A stretch of DNA of 64,000 nt, from NCBI RefSeq assembly GCF_006345805.1, contig NC_043024.1, positions 10,292,001 through 10,356,000 of the forward strand, given 5' to 3'. The translations under genes and the position numbers were made by a program. The stretch is from Octopus sinensis. Its lineage: Eukaryota. Shown here in pieces: positions 35,801-47,862 of the stretch. The notes beneath the pieces were generated by a model. It made no database searches. It had not been told where the DNA came from and was given only the letters and a program-made list of their open reading frames with translations. Position 1 is the first letter of the stretch. Each line of letters starts with the position of its first letter.

Positions 35801-36578
35801 AGGGTAAAATTAATTAATTAATAATTAATAATTCCACCAAGTAGTATTCAGCATGTTCCAAGGACCATTTTTGGTAAACTTAAACAATATTTTTTATAAT
35901 TATGAGTATAATTAAAATTAGGGTTCAGCAAAAAATTTGCTTCACTACATAGCGAACTTTTCTAAAGTTTGCTATGTAGTGAAGCAAATTTTTTTGCTGA
36001 ACCCTAATTATAATTATACTCATAATTATAAAAAATATTATTATATATATATATAAATATATATATATATAAGTTCAGCAACATTTAGATTCAGATGAAT
36101 ATGGTACTTAAGTTAAAGGCATCAGAATTTTGTATGGTATTATCCATATAAATCAAATGGGGTGATTATAAAATAAGCAACAAGAATATCAAGCAATGAA
36201 ATTAACCTCTCTGTCTATATATCTACCATCTTTGTAATGTTGGCAAATGAAATAAGTATAATAATGAAGTAGCATGAAACGATTGTACTACACTACCTTG
36301 GATATCCTTGCTGCTTATTTTGATTATATATATGAGATGCAGCATGAAGTTTTCTCAGTGAACAGGTTGCGGTCTCAAAGCAACGAAAATATTTTGACAA
36401 ATTAAATTTAAGTGTTGAAGTGAATCTAACGGTTTTTGTGTGTTTCTTAAATTGCTCATAAACACCTTCCACACACTGCAATTGTTTTGTATATATATTT
36501 CAATGTGTAAATGTCTCTGCAGTGTGTTGTTGTTGTTGTTGTATCTAAACGTTGTTGCTTTCTCTTGTTGCCGTTTAG

Positions 36579-36710
36579 GTGAAGGTGTTGCTCGTCATCG
36601 AACTGTGCAACCTTCTGCTGGTGTCTGTGATGCAGTTCTGCAGTCCAATGATAATTGGCTCACTGGCAGTCAGCTTCATTCTATCATTCATGATCCTGCT
36701 TATGTTCAAG
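36579..36710 (+). CDS. DPY19L3: DPY19L3 exon 7 (VKVLLVIELCNLLLVSVMQF...MFK)
   Basis: TM segment; phase 0 to 0; tag/gtagg sites. Confidence 0.92.
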
Positions 36711-37227
36711 GTAGGTAAACATGCAGTCACAGGTTCAATCTCAACACACGGCTATAGACATATTTGGAAGGTTTTGGTGGAGTTTTTTTGGGGGGTGGGT
36801 CAATAAATTAAGTACCAGTTACGCACTGGGGTCAATGTAATCGACTTAATCCCCTCCCACAAGCTGCCCTTGTTGCAAAAATTTGAATTCATCATCATTA
36901 TTATTATTATTGTTATTGTGGAGGTGCAATGGCCCAGTGGTTAGGGCAGCGGACGCGCGGTTGGAGGATCACCGTTTCAATACCCAGACCGGGCATTGTG
37001 TGTGTTTATTGAGCGAAAACACCTAAATCTCCATGAGGCTCCAGCAGGGGGTGGTAGTGACCCCTGTTGGACTCTTTCACCCCAACTTTCTCTCACTCTT
37101 TCTTGAGTAACACTGCGATGGACTGGCGTCCCGTCCAGCTAGAGGGGAACACATACGCCACAGAAACCGGGAAACCAGGCCCATGAGCCTGGCTAGGCTT
37201 TAAAAGGGCATATAAATAAATAAATAA

Positions 37228-37260
<33 letters not shown>

Positions 37261-37743
37261 GAAAAGGCAGTGAGCTGGCAGAATCAGTACACTGGATGAA
37301 ATGCTTAGCGGTATTTCATCTGCCGTTACGTTCTGAGTTCAAATTCCACCGAGGTCGACTTTGCCTTTCATCCTTTCAGGGTCGATAAATTAAATACCAG
37401 TTACACACTGGGGTCGATGCAATCGACTTAATACCTATATCTGTCCTTGTTTGTCCCCTATATGTTTAGCCCCTTGTGGGTAATAAAGAAATAGGTATTT
37501 CGTCTGCCGCTGTTACGTTCTGATTTCAAATTCCACCAAGGTCTACTTTGCCTCTCATCCTTTCGGGGTCGATAAAATAAGTACCAGTTACGCACTGGGG
37601 TCGATGTAATCGACTCATCCCCTCTCCCATATCGCTGCCCTTGTGGCAAAATTTGAAACCACTTTCAAATAGTATACCAATCTATTGGTCAAATATACAC
37701 CAAACCTTATAATTTTCATTTCTCTTTATCATTTCATCCTCAG

Positions 37744-37848
37744 AACTACCTCTTTTCTGCGGGCGGCAGCTTTTACCAATTCTTTAAGGTTTCAGTTTTT
37801 AGCCTGGCTTCGCTTGTGTTGATGGTAGCCATCAACAAGCTGATTAAG
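37744..37848 (+). CDS. DPY19L3: DPY19L3 exon 8 (NYLFSAGGSFYQFFKVSVFSLASLVLMVAINKLIK)
   Basis: 105 bp open; cag/gtaagt; phase 0 to 0. Confidence 0.88.
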
Positions 37849-38021
37849 GTAAGTGTATCGTCAATTCTTGTTTCATTCATTCCCAGCATTTCAGGAATTA
37901 CTTTTCGTTGAAGGGAACCTACGTGAAGAGGAATTAGATCTGTGGAGGCACAGACATGGCAGTGTGTCTACATTTTTAGTGTGTGTGCGCGTGTGTGTGT
38001 GTGTATATATATGAATATATT

Positions 38022-38217
38022 GAGGGAGAGTTTACGAAAAAACAAAAGACGAAGGTAGGTGGTGTACAAAACAAACAGATGTATTAGTATAACGCTCAAA
38101 AATAGAAAAAGTCTTTTACATTTCGAGCCTACGCTCTTCTACAGAAAGGGACACAGAAAAAACAAGGAGAGAAAAAATGTGTGTAGTAGCTAACGATGTA
38201 TATTTATATACATAAAC

Positions 38218-38253
<36 letters not shown>

Positions 38254-38440
38254 AGAGTTTACGAAAAAACAAAAGACGAAGGTAGGTGGTGTACAAAACG
38301 AACAGATGTATTAGTATAATGCTCAGGAATAGAAAAAGTCTTTTACGTTTTGAGCCTACGCTCTTCTACAGAAAGGAACACAGAAAAAACAAGGAGAGAA
38401 AATAATGCGTGTAGTGGCTAACGATCTATCATGGCGACTC
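38022..38440 (-). mobile_element. Two tandem Penelope-like terminal fragments with degenerate minimal hammerheads; a related piece lies at 9633-9783
   Basis: Two copies of about 190 bp separated by (TA)n; - strand consensus cttt-ctgtagaa-gagc(gtag)gctc-gaaa-cgta-aaag. Confidence 0.6.
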
Positions 38441-38559
38441 AATATGAATATATTTTTAGTTGCAGGCATGAATGAGTAGTTCAGATGTTTGCTTCACATT
38501 CATGAGGGTCTTGAGTTCAAGTCCACAGCTTGGCATCTTGGATGTTCTGCAAAACCTAA

Positions 38560-39300
38560 CCAATGTGTGTGTATGCTTCTATGTATGTGTGTGTGTATGC
38601 TTCTATGTGTGCGTGCGTGTGTGTGTATGCTTCTGTGTGCGTGTGTGTGTGTATGCTTCTATGTGTGTGTGTGTGTGTATGCTTCTATGTGTGTGTGTAT
38701 GCCTCTGTGTGTGTGTGTCTATGCTTCTGTGTGTGTGTGTGTGTCTATGCTTCTGTGTGTACGTGTGTGTATGCTTCTATGTGTGCGTGTATGTATGCTT
38801 CTATGTGTGTGTGTATGCCTCTGTGTGTGTGTGTCTATGCTTCTGTGTGTGTGTGTGTGTCTATGCTTCTGTGTGTACGTGTGTGTATGCTTCTATGTGT
38901 GCATGTATGTATGCTTCTATGTGTGTGTGTGTGTGTGTGTGTGTATGCTTCTATATGTGCGTGTATGTGTGTGTATGCTTCTCTGTGTGCGTGTGTGTGT
39001 GTGTATGCTTCTATATGTGCGTGTGTGTGTGTATGCTTCTATGTGTGTGTGTGTGTATGCTTCTATATGTGCGTGTGTGTGTGTATGCTTCTAAGTATGC
39101 ATGTATGTGTGTGTGTGTATGCTTCTATGTGCGTGCGTGTGTGTGTATGCTTCTATGTGTGCGTGTGTGTGTGTATGCTTCTATGTGTGCGTGTGTGTGT
39201 GTGTGTATATGCTTCTATGTGTGTGCGTGTGTGTGTATGCTTCTATGTGTGCGTGTGTGTGTATGCTTCTGTGTGTGCGTGTGTGTGTGTGTGTATTAAT
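38560..39300. repeat. (GT)n tract punctuated by ATGCTTCT (variable-length minisatellite)
   Basis: Direct reading. Confidence 0.92.
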
Positions 39301-39354
39301 GTGTCTGTATACATATTGAGATTCAGCGTATCTCTCTGCTTTCTTCCTGTTTAG

Positions 39355-39428
39355 GTTGCGATTTCACTGGATGCTGATGAACATATCTTCAAGTTTCTTC
39401 TCACCAAATTTGGACTCGGCTCTTACAC
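39355..39428 (+). CDS. DPY19L3: DPY19L3 exon 9 (VAISLDADEHIFKFLLTKFGLGSY), probable GC donor
   Basis: DEHIFKFL..KFGLG motif; only AC|GCAAGT gives the phase 2 needed for exon 10. Confidence 0.88.
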
Positions 39429-39698
39429 GCAAGTCTCACGCTTAAGCTAATCGTCTCACCTGGCAGCCCTCCCTGTCATTATCTCTGTGAAGCCCAAAGT
39501 TTGGAGATCATGCTTCACCACCTCATCCCATGTCTTCCTGGGTCTACCTCTACCGCAGGTTCCCTCTGCAGTTAGGGATCGGCACTTCTTTACACAGTTG
39601 TTCTTGTTCATATGCATCACATGACCGTACCAGCGCATTCGTATCTCTCAAAATGCTTATACTCTGTCAAACACGCACACTGACATGTTACTCTAGTC

Positions 39699-39917
39699 CA
39701 GTGCTTTTCAAACTTTTTGCTGGAGCGGAACCCCAAGGAAACATTCCACTGGCTCGAGGAACCCCTGTGCAATAATTTAATAGTCTTATGCACACGTATC
39801 TGTACAGGAGACTTAAAAATTACTGCCGATTTTAGCAGTTTTGTAACTTCTTGTAGAACCCCTGGACTGTACTGGCGGAAACCTAAGGTTCCGTGGAACC
39901 CTGGTTGAAAACCACTG
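39699..39917. mobile_element. hAT (Charlie-like) MITE with 8-bp TSD ctctagtc
   Basis: TIRs cagtgcttttcaaac / gttgaaaaccactg; ctctagtc at 39691-39698 and 39918-39925. Confidence 0.88.
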
Positions 39918-40646
39918 CTCTAGTCATTGACTGCCACCAGTTTCCAAGTGAGGTAACATGCCCCACGACCCAGACAGGCTTTCACAGAAGATCGAAAACG
40001 AAGGACCTTGCTTGTATGGCAGAGATGCTCTTTTACAACTGTTGTTTGACGATGTAAAAAAGGGCTGCAAGTAGAAATACACGGCGAGCTGGCAGAATCG
40101 TTAGCATGCCGGGCGAAATGCTTAGTGGTATTTGGTCTGCCGCTACGTTCTGAGTTCAAATTCTGCCGAGGTCGACTTTGCCTTTCATCCTTTCGAGGGC
40201 GATTAAATAAGTACCAGTTATGCACTGGGGTAGATATAATCGACTTAATCCGTTTGTCTGTCCTTGTTTGTCCCCTCTATGTTTAGCCCCTTGTAGGCAG
40301 TAAAGAAATAGGTATTTTGTCTGCCGCTACATTCTGAGTTCAAATTCTGCCGAGGTCGACTTTGCCTTTCATCCTTTCGGGGTTGATAAATGAAGTACCA
40401 GTTACGCACTGGGGTCAGTGTAATCGACTTAATCCCTTTGTCTGTCCTTGTTTGTCCCCTCTGTGTTTAGCCCCTTGTGGGTAGTAAAGAAATAGGTACT
40501 GGCAACGGCCATGCTCAAATGGTGCTTTTTACGTGCCCACCCTCACGGAAGCCTTTCTTCTCTCTCTCTCTTTCTCCCTCCCTTCTTCTGTATGTTTACT
40601 GCTGTCCCCCTTCCCCTTAATGCCTTTCCCTTTTCTCTTTCCGCAG

Positions 40647-40808
40647 TGACTTTGACTCCCAACTCTATCTGTGCAACGGAGCGTTTGGATTCCTAGAATG
40701 GGACACGTTTGTGCGCCTAACCAATGGTTTTGTCTTCCCAGTTTATGCTGTGGGTCACGGGAGCTTATTGGTGCTGATGCTGGTCTCCTGTTTCAAGAAA
40801 TGGCGCCA
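40647..40808 (+). CDS. DPY19L3: DPY19L3 exon 10 (DFDSQLYLCNGAFGFL...KKWR)
   Basis: DFD..LYLC..AFG motif; phase 2 to 2. Confidence 0.94.
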
Positions 40809-41349
40809 GTAAGTCAGGGTTTTTATTTTCCTTTTTTTTTTACTCTTTTTTACTTGTTTCAGTCATTTGACTGCGGCCATGCTGGAGCACCGCCTTTAGT
40901 CGAGCAAATCGACCCCAGGACTTATTCTTTGGAAGCCTAGTACTTATTCTATCAGTCTCTTTTGCTGAACTGCTAAGTTACGGGGACGTAAACACACCAC
41001 CAATCGGTTGTCAAACGATGCTGGGAGGACAAAAACACACACACACATATGATGGGCTTCTTTCAGTTTTCCTCCACCAAATCCACTCACAAGGCATTGG
41101 TCGGCCCGAGGCTATAGCAGAAGACACTTGCCCAAGGTGCCATGCAGTGGGAATTAACCCGGAACCAATGTTGATGTGTTTACGCCCCTGTAACTGAGCA
41201 GTTCAGCAAAAGAGAATGATAGAATAAGTACCAGGCTTAAAAAGAAAATAAGGGCTGGGGTTAATTCGTTCAAGTAAAACCCTTCAAGGCAGTGCCCCAG
41301 CGTGGCCACAGTCTAATAACTGTAATGAGAGAAAGGTACCAGACCCCAC

Positions 41350-41902
41350 CACACACACACACACACAGTGCCCCAGCATGGCCACAGTCTAATAACTGTA
41401 ACAAGTGAAAGAAACCAGACCACACACACACACACCACACCACATACACACACCACACACACACACACACACCACACCACATACACACACCACACACCAC
41501 ACACACACACACACACCACACATACACACACACACCACACCACACACACCACACACACACACACACACACCACACATACACACCACACACACACACACAC
41601 CACCACACACACACACACACACCAGACATACACACACACACACCACACCACATACATACACCACACAAGCACACACACACACCACACCACATACATACAC
41701 CACACACACACACATCACACCACACACACACACACACACACACAACACATACACACACACACACACCACACCACATACATACACCACACACACACACACA
41801 CACACCACACCACATACATACACCACACACACACACACCACACCACATACATACACCACACACACACACCACACCACACACACACACACACCACACCACA
41901 TA

Positions 41903-41955
<53 letters not shown>
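41350..41955. repeat. (CA/CAC)n complex tract
   Basis: Direct reading. Confidence 0.92.
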
Positions 41956-41957
<2 letters not shown>

Positions 41958-41993
41958 GTCTTGTTCTCACACCTTTGATATCTATTTTTGCAG

Positions 41994-42058
41994 TAAATCC
42001 CTGACATCCAATTATCGTCCCTTGCTGTTCGCTCGACCGGAAATTGCTTTCCACACAG
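41994..42058 (+). CDS. DPY19L3: DPY19L3 exon 11 (KSLTSNYRPLLFARPEIAFHT)
   Basis: Bridges phase 2 to phase 1 exactly; RPEIAF matches the remembered KPETAY segment. Confidence 0.85.
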
Positions 42059-42202
42059 GTCAGTTCACTTCTGCCTTTCTTTCTTTCTTTTCCTTTCTGT
42101 CGTTCTTCTCCCTTTTCAACCCACCCCCATCTCCCGCCTTTGCTTTTGTGTAATCCCAGGTCAACTCGTTCTGAAAAGCCATTCCAGCTTGTGACCATCG
42201 TG

Positions 42203-44238
42203 GAAGCACTCCGTCGGTTACGACGACGAGGGTTCCGGTTGATCCGAATCAATGGAACAGCCTGCTCGTGAAATTAACGTGTAAGTGGCTGAGCACTCCA
42301 CAGACACGTGCACCCTTAACGTAGTTCTCAGGGATATTCAGCGTGACACAGAGAATGACAAGGCCGGCCCTTTGAAATACAGGTACACAGAAACAGGAAT
42401 ATAGTGAGAGAAAGTTGTGGTGAAAGAGTACAGCAGGGATCACCACCATTCCCTGCTGGAGCCTCGGATGAAGCACTCCGTCGGTCCGACGACGAGGGTC
42501 CAGTTGATCCGAATCAAAGAACAGCCTGCTCGTGAAATTAACGTGTAAGTGCTGAGCACTCCACAGACACGTGTACCTAACGTAGTTCTCGGGGATATTC
42601 AGCGTGTCACAGAGAGCGACAAGGCCGGCCCTTTGAATACAGGTACAACAGAAACAGGAAGTAAGAGTGAGAGAAAGTTGTGGTGAAAGAGTACAGCAGG
42701 ATCACCACCATCCCTCCCGAGCCTCGGATGGAAGCACTCCGTCGGTTACGACAACGAGGTTCCGTTGATCCGAATCAACGGAACAGCTGCTCGTGAAATT
42801 AACGTGTAAGTGCTGAGCACTCCACAGACACGTGTACCCTTAACGTAGTTCTCGGGGATATTCAGCGTGACACAGAGAGTGACAAGGCCGGCCCTTTGAA
42901 ATACAGGTACAACAGAAACAGGAAGTAAGAGTGAGAGAAAGTTGTGGTGAAAGAGTACAGCAGGGGTCACCACCATCCCCTGCCGGAGCCTCGGATGGAA
43001 GCACTCCGTCGGTCACGACGACGAGGGTTCCAGTTGATCCGAATCAAAGGAACAGCCTGCTCGTGAAATTAACGTGTAAGTGGCTGAGCACTCCACAGAC
43101 ACGTGTACCCTTAACGTAGTTCTCGGGGATATTCAGCGTGACACAGAGGGTGACAAGGCCGGCCCTTTGAAATACAGTACAACAGAACAGGAAGTAAGAG
43201 TGAGAGAAAGTTGTGGTGAAAGAGTACAGCAGGGATCACCACCATCCCCTGCTGGAGCCTCGTGGAGCTTTTAGGTGTTTTTGCTCAATATATGAAGCAC
43301 TCCGTCGGTTACAATGACGAGGGTTCCGGTTGATCCGAATCAACGGAACAGCCTGCTCGTGAAATTAACGTGTAAGTGGCTGAGCACTCCACAGACACGT
43401 GTACCCTTAACGTAGTTCTCGGGGATATTCAGCGTGACACAGAGAGTGACAAGGCCGACCCTTTGAAATACAGGTACAACAGAAACAGGAAGTAAGAGTG
43501 AGAGAAAGTTGTGGTGAAAGAGTACAGCAGGGATCACCACCATCCCCTGCTGGAGCCTCGTGGAGCTTTTAGGTGTTTTTGCTCAATATGGAAGCACTCC
43601 GTCGGTTACAATGACGAGGGTTCCGGTTGATCCGAATCAACGGAACAGCCTGCTCGTGAAATTAATGTGTAAGTGGCTGAGCACTCCACAGACACGTGTA
43701 CCCTTAACGTAGTTCTCGGGGATATTCAGCGTGACACAGAGAGTGACAAGGCCGACCCTTTGAAATACAGGTACAACAGAAACAGGAAGTAAGAGTGAGA
43801 GAAAGTTGTGGTGAAAGAGTACAGCAGGGATCACCACCATCCCCTGCTGGAGCCTCGTGGAGCTTTTAGGTGTTTTTGCTCAATATGGAAGCACTCCGTC
43901 GGTTACAATGACGAGGGTTCCGGTTGATCCGAATCAACGGAACAGCCAGCTCGTGAAATTAACGTGTAAGTGGCTGAGCACTCCACAGACCCTTAACGTA
44001 GTTCTCGGGGATATTCAGCGTGACACAGAGAGTGACAAGGCCGGCCCCTTGAAACAGAAACAGGAAGTAAGAGTGAGAGAAAGTTGTGGTGAAAGAGTAC
44101 AGCAGGGATCACCACCATCCCCTGCCGGAGCCTCGTGGAGCTTTTAGGTGTTTTCGCTCAATAAACACTCACAACGCCCGGTCTGGGAATCGAAACCGCG
44201 ATCCTATGACCGCGAGTCCGCTGCCCTAACCACTGGCC
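42203..44238 (-). repeat. SINE-derived tandem array: one tRNA head plus seven bodies
   Basis: Units start at 42203, 42470, 42731, 42998, 43294, 43591 and 43888; head ggccagtggttagggcagcggactcgcgg...ttcgattccc at 44160-44238. Confidence 0.88.
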
Positions 44239-44333
44239 CCTACAATTGACCACTGAATGGAATATGACCAAAACCAAAGCTGGAATGCTCATCTCTTTTA
44301 ATTCCCCTGTTTTTCTTGCCTATTTCTTTGCAG

Positions 44334-44485
44334 TTCAAGCGCTCCTCTTTGGTCTCTTGGCTGTTAGCACCTTGCGTATGAAATACCTCTGGACACCATA
44401 CATGTGTATACTGGGCAGTGTTTTTCTTGCTGACCGCAAGGCTTGGAAAGCAGTCCTTTCCAAGGTCACTGACCAAGAATATATA
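44334..44485 (+). CDS. DPY19L3: DPY19L3 exon 12 (QALLFGLLAVSTLRMKYLWTPYMC...)
   Basis: RMKYLW motif; phase 1 to 0. Confidence 0.96.
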
Positions 44486-44679
44486 GTAAGTACCCTGCTT
44501 TCTTCCTTTTTTCTGTTTTTTTTTAAAGAGATTTTGTTTTTGGATTATTGCTAGCATGGGTTGGACGGTTCGATCAGGGTCCGGGAAGCCATGGAGGCTG
44601 CACCAGGCTCCAGTCTGATCTGGCAGTGTTTCTACAGCTGGATGCCCTCCCTAACGCCAACCACTCCGTGAGTGTAGTG

Positions 44680-45145
44680 GGTGCTTTTTACGTGCCACCG
44701 GCACAGGTGTCAGGCCTGGCTGGCAACGGCCACGGTCGGATGGTGCTTTTTACGTGCCACCGGCACAGGTGCCAGGCAAGGCTGGCAATGGCCACGTTCA
44801 GATGGTGCTTTTTACGTGCCACTGGCACAGGTGCCAGGCGAGGCTGGCAATGGCCACGATCGTTTGGTGCTTTTTACGTGCCACCGGCACAGGTGCCAGG
44901 CGAGGCTGGCAATGGCCACGATTGGTTGGTGCTTTTTACATGCCACCGGCACAGGTGCCAGGCGAGGTTGGCAATGGCCACGTTCGGATGGTGCTTTTTA
45001 CATGCCACGGCACAGGTGCCAGGCGAGGCTGGCAATGGCCATGATCGGTTGGTGCTTTTTACATTCCACCGGCACAAAAGCCAGTCAAGGCGGCGCTGGC
45101 ATCGGCCACATTCGGATGGTGCTTTTTACGTGCCACCGGCACAGG
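44680..45145 (-). repeat. About 62-bp minisatellite (about 8 cores) in an RTE 3' UTR
   Basis: Repeated ggtgctttttacgtgccaccggcac core. Confidence 0.88.
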
Positions 45146-45404
45146 GATCACAACTACAATTTCCATTTGATTTTTATTTTGATGTTGGTGTTGACGTACT
45201 TGACTCAATAGGTCTCCCCAAGAACAGCGGATCACTCTACGATCCAAGGTTAGCACAGCGGGCCAGGTCATCCTGCGAGCCCTAGACCATCACCTAATCA
45301 CCCTTACCCGTCTGGTTGCTTAACAACAACAACAGTATGGAAAGCAGATGTTAAATGATAATGATGAAAACTATCCGAATTAAATTTAATTTCTGTTCTT
45401 CCAG

Positions 45405-45461
45405 GTATTCCTGTTTCGCCATTTTGTTATCGGAAGCATCCTGGCATCTCTTCTTTACACT
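45405..45461 (+). CDS. DPY19L3: DPY19L3 exon 13 (VFLFRHFVIGSILASLLYT)
   Basis: 57 bp; cag/gtaagt; phase 0 to 0; TM-like. Confidence 0.85.
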
Positions 45462-45989
45462 GTAAGTACTCCTAGTTTTGTTTTGTTTTTTTAAACTATT
45501 TTGATTCCAACCTCTCCAATTCTATCCCTGGTCATCTAATACATAAACTTACTCTTTTAAAGTGATGTAAATTAAAACTTCCCCATCAAAATCTCGTGGT
45601 AATTTATATTCCATACACCAGCTTAGATTAATTTGTGTAACAAAATTAAAATTTCTTTTTTTTTTGTCCTTGGTCAGAAAGTGTTATTTCCTATTTGCTT
45701 CTATCTAGAAATCAAAGGAAACAACTACCATTCCCTTCAAACTTTGGTTTTCTCACCTGGACATCAATGTTTCCAAACTGACATATTTTCCATTACATTT
45801 CATACAAATTCAGTGCTAGCATAGGTTGTACGGTTTGACCGGGGTCTGGGAAGCCAGGAGGCTGCACCAGACTCCAGTCTGATCTGGCAGTGTTTCTACA
45901 GCTGGATGCCCTTCCTAATGAGTTACCGAAGCAGAAATATTGTTGGAGTAAATATTCTGCTCAATACCACAGATTTGTTTATCAGTTGC

Positions 45990-46022
<33 letters not shown>

Positions 46023-46414
46023 GCCCTGATGCCGTACCAGGCAGTGGCTCTCGTGGCTTCTGATCTTAACTGATTGGAAGTGTTATCACGTACATTGTTT
46101 TGTCTTGGTATAAAAGATGGGTTTTACAGCCAATATTCTACTCAATACCACAGATTTGCTGGTCAGTTGTTTGACCTTAACCAGTTGAGCATGTCCCTTA
46201 GTGGCTGATGATATGTGCATCTCGAATTTTAAAACAAACTTATAATTTTCTTATAGTTTCTTAAACATTCTCTAGAACAATACTATGTACAAAACCAAAT
46301 ATATGGCACCCTAGGCATAACACCAACATGAACTTCCAACTTGTCTCTTGAGGTCTCCGGGTGAGACTTGGAGCCAGATTGTGCAAATGTAAAGCAAAAG
46401 TCAAACATAGAATG

Positions 46415-46450
<36 letters not shown>

Positions 46451-47100
46451 CCCTGATGCAGTACCAGGCAGTGGCTCTCATGGCTTCTGATCTTAACTGA
46501 TTGGGAGTGTTATCATGTACATTGTTTTGTCTTGGTATAAAAGATGGGCTACAGCAAATATTCTGCTCAATACCACAGATTTGCTTGTCAGTTGTTTGAC
46601 CTTGACTAGTTGAGCATGTCCCTTAGTGGCTAATGATATGTGCATCTCGAATTTTAAAACAAACTTATAATTTTCTTATGTTTCTTAAACATTCCCTAGA
46701 ACAATACTATGTTCAAAACCAGATATATGGCACCCTAGGCATAACACCAACATGAAATTCTAACTTGTCTCTTGAGGTCTCTGGGTGAGACTTGGAGCCA
46801 ACTTGTACAAATGCAAAGAAAAAGTCAAACATAATAATAATAATAATAATAATAATGGCTCTCATGGCTTCTGATCTTAACTGATTGGAAGTGTTATCAT
46901 GTACATTGTTTTGTCTTGGTATAAAAGGTGGGCTACAGCAAATATTCTGCTCAATACCACAGATTTGCTTGTCAGTTGTTTGACCACAACCAGTTGACCC
47001 TGTCCCTTAGTGGCTGACGATATGTGCATCTCTGATCACGAGCAGAAGTAGTGGGGGAGCATCCATAGCCATGTGTTGAGAGGGACTCTTTGGGGTTTGA
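45990..47100 (+). repeat. About 428-bp tandem composite units separated by (TAA)n
   Basis: atgccctgatg at 46021 and 46449; partial third copy from about 46857. Confidence 0.85.
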
Positions 47101-47489
47101 ATAAATATCATAACAAAAGCATAGTTTGAAGGAAATATTTACCATTTTTCATACTTTCTAGGGGTCAGCACACAGGACATAACAATTACTACCCAAGAAC
47201 AAAAATCATGTTGCACAGTGTAATGACAAAATCATTTTACTAAATTTTTTGTCATTTTTGAAATTAAATGAAACAAAAGTAGTGGATTTCAACTTGCTAA
47301 AAATAACAGCCAAATCTCCTTTAAAATACATTCTGCTATTTAAAAAAAACAACAGGCTATATTGAATTATACAGTCTTAGTATGACTAAATGAATAAAAG
47401 CTAGGGTGGTCACGGCTGGAACCCCTCCATCATAGGTGTATTATTCTAAATACTTACTACATATATGTACTCCACTGCTCTGTTCCCAG

Positions 47490-47572
47490 GTATTACCAAG
47501 TGTCTATAAAGAACTTGAAGACCTCAAAGAATTCTGGGACCCAGACACGGTTGATTTAATGGAATGGATAAA
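47490..47572 (+). CDS. DPY19L3: DPY19L3 exon 14 (VLPSVYKELEDLKEFWDPDTVDLMEWI)
   Basis: EFxDPDTVxLMxWI motif; phase 0 to 2. Confidence 0.96.
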
Positions 47573-47714
47573 GTATGTCTTTCGTATCTTTTCTTCCTTC
47601 TTCCTCTTTTCTTTACTTCTTTGTTGTTCATATTTTTCATTCTTCTTTGTATTCTTCTTCTTCATATTCTTCATTTTGTTATTCTTCTTAGATGTGTGTA
47701 TTACATACAATTAA

Positions 47715-47862
47715 GGGGGGGTGACCCACTAAGTGGACATCCATTATGCTAGAAGTTCTGGCATTGGCTAAATTTTCTTGAGAACATCCCTTTCTTAGTG
47801 GTAAGACCATGGGAGGGGGGGTCAACTTCTAACATAATGGATGTCCACTTAGTGGTCATCCT
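47715..47862. mobile_element. Small MITE with about 40-bp TIRs
   Basis: ccactaagtggacatccattatgctagaagtt / aacttctaacataatggatgtccacttagtgg. Confidence 0.7.

Noticed and set aside
39433-39438. Canonical GT donor for DPY19L3 exon 9
   Set aside because: Phase 0; joining to 40647 gives an immediate TGA.
44680-45145. CRISPR-like look (constant core with variable spacers), also at 51700-51945 and 61500-61790
   Set aside because: Spacers are homologous to one another, the array sits in a LINE 3' UTR, the context is eukaryotic and there are no cas genes.
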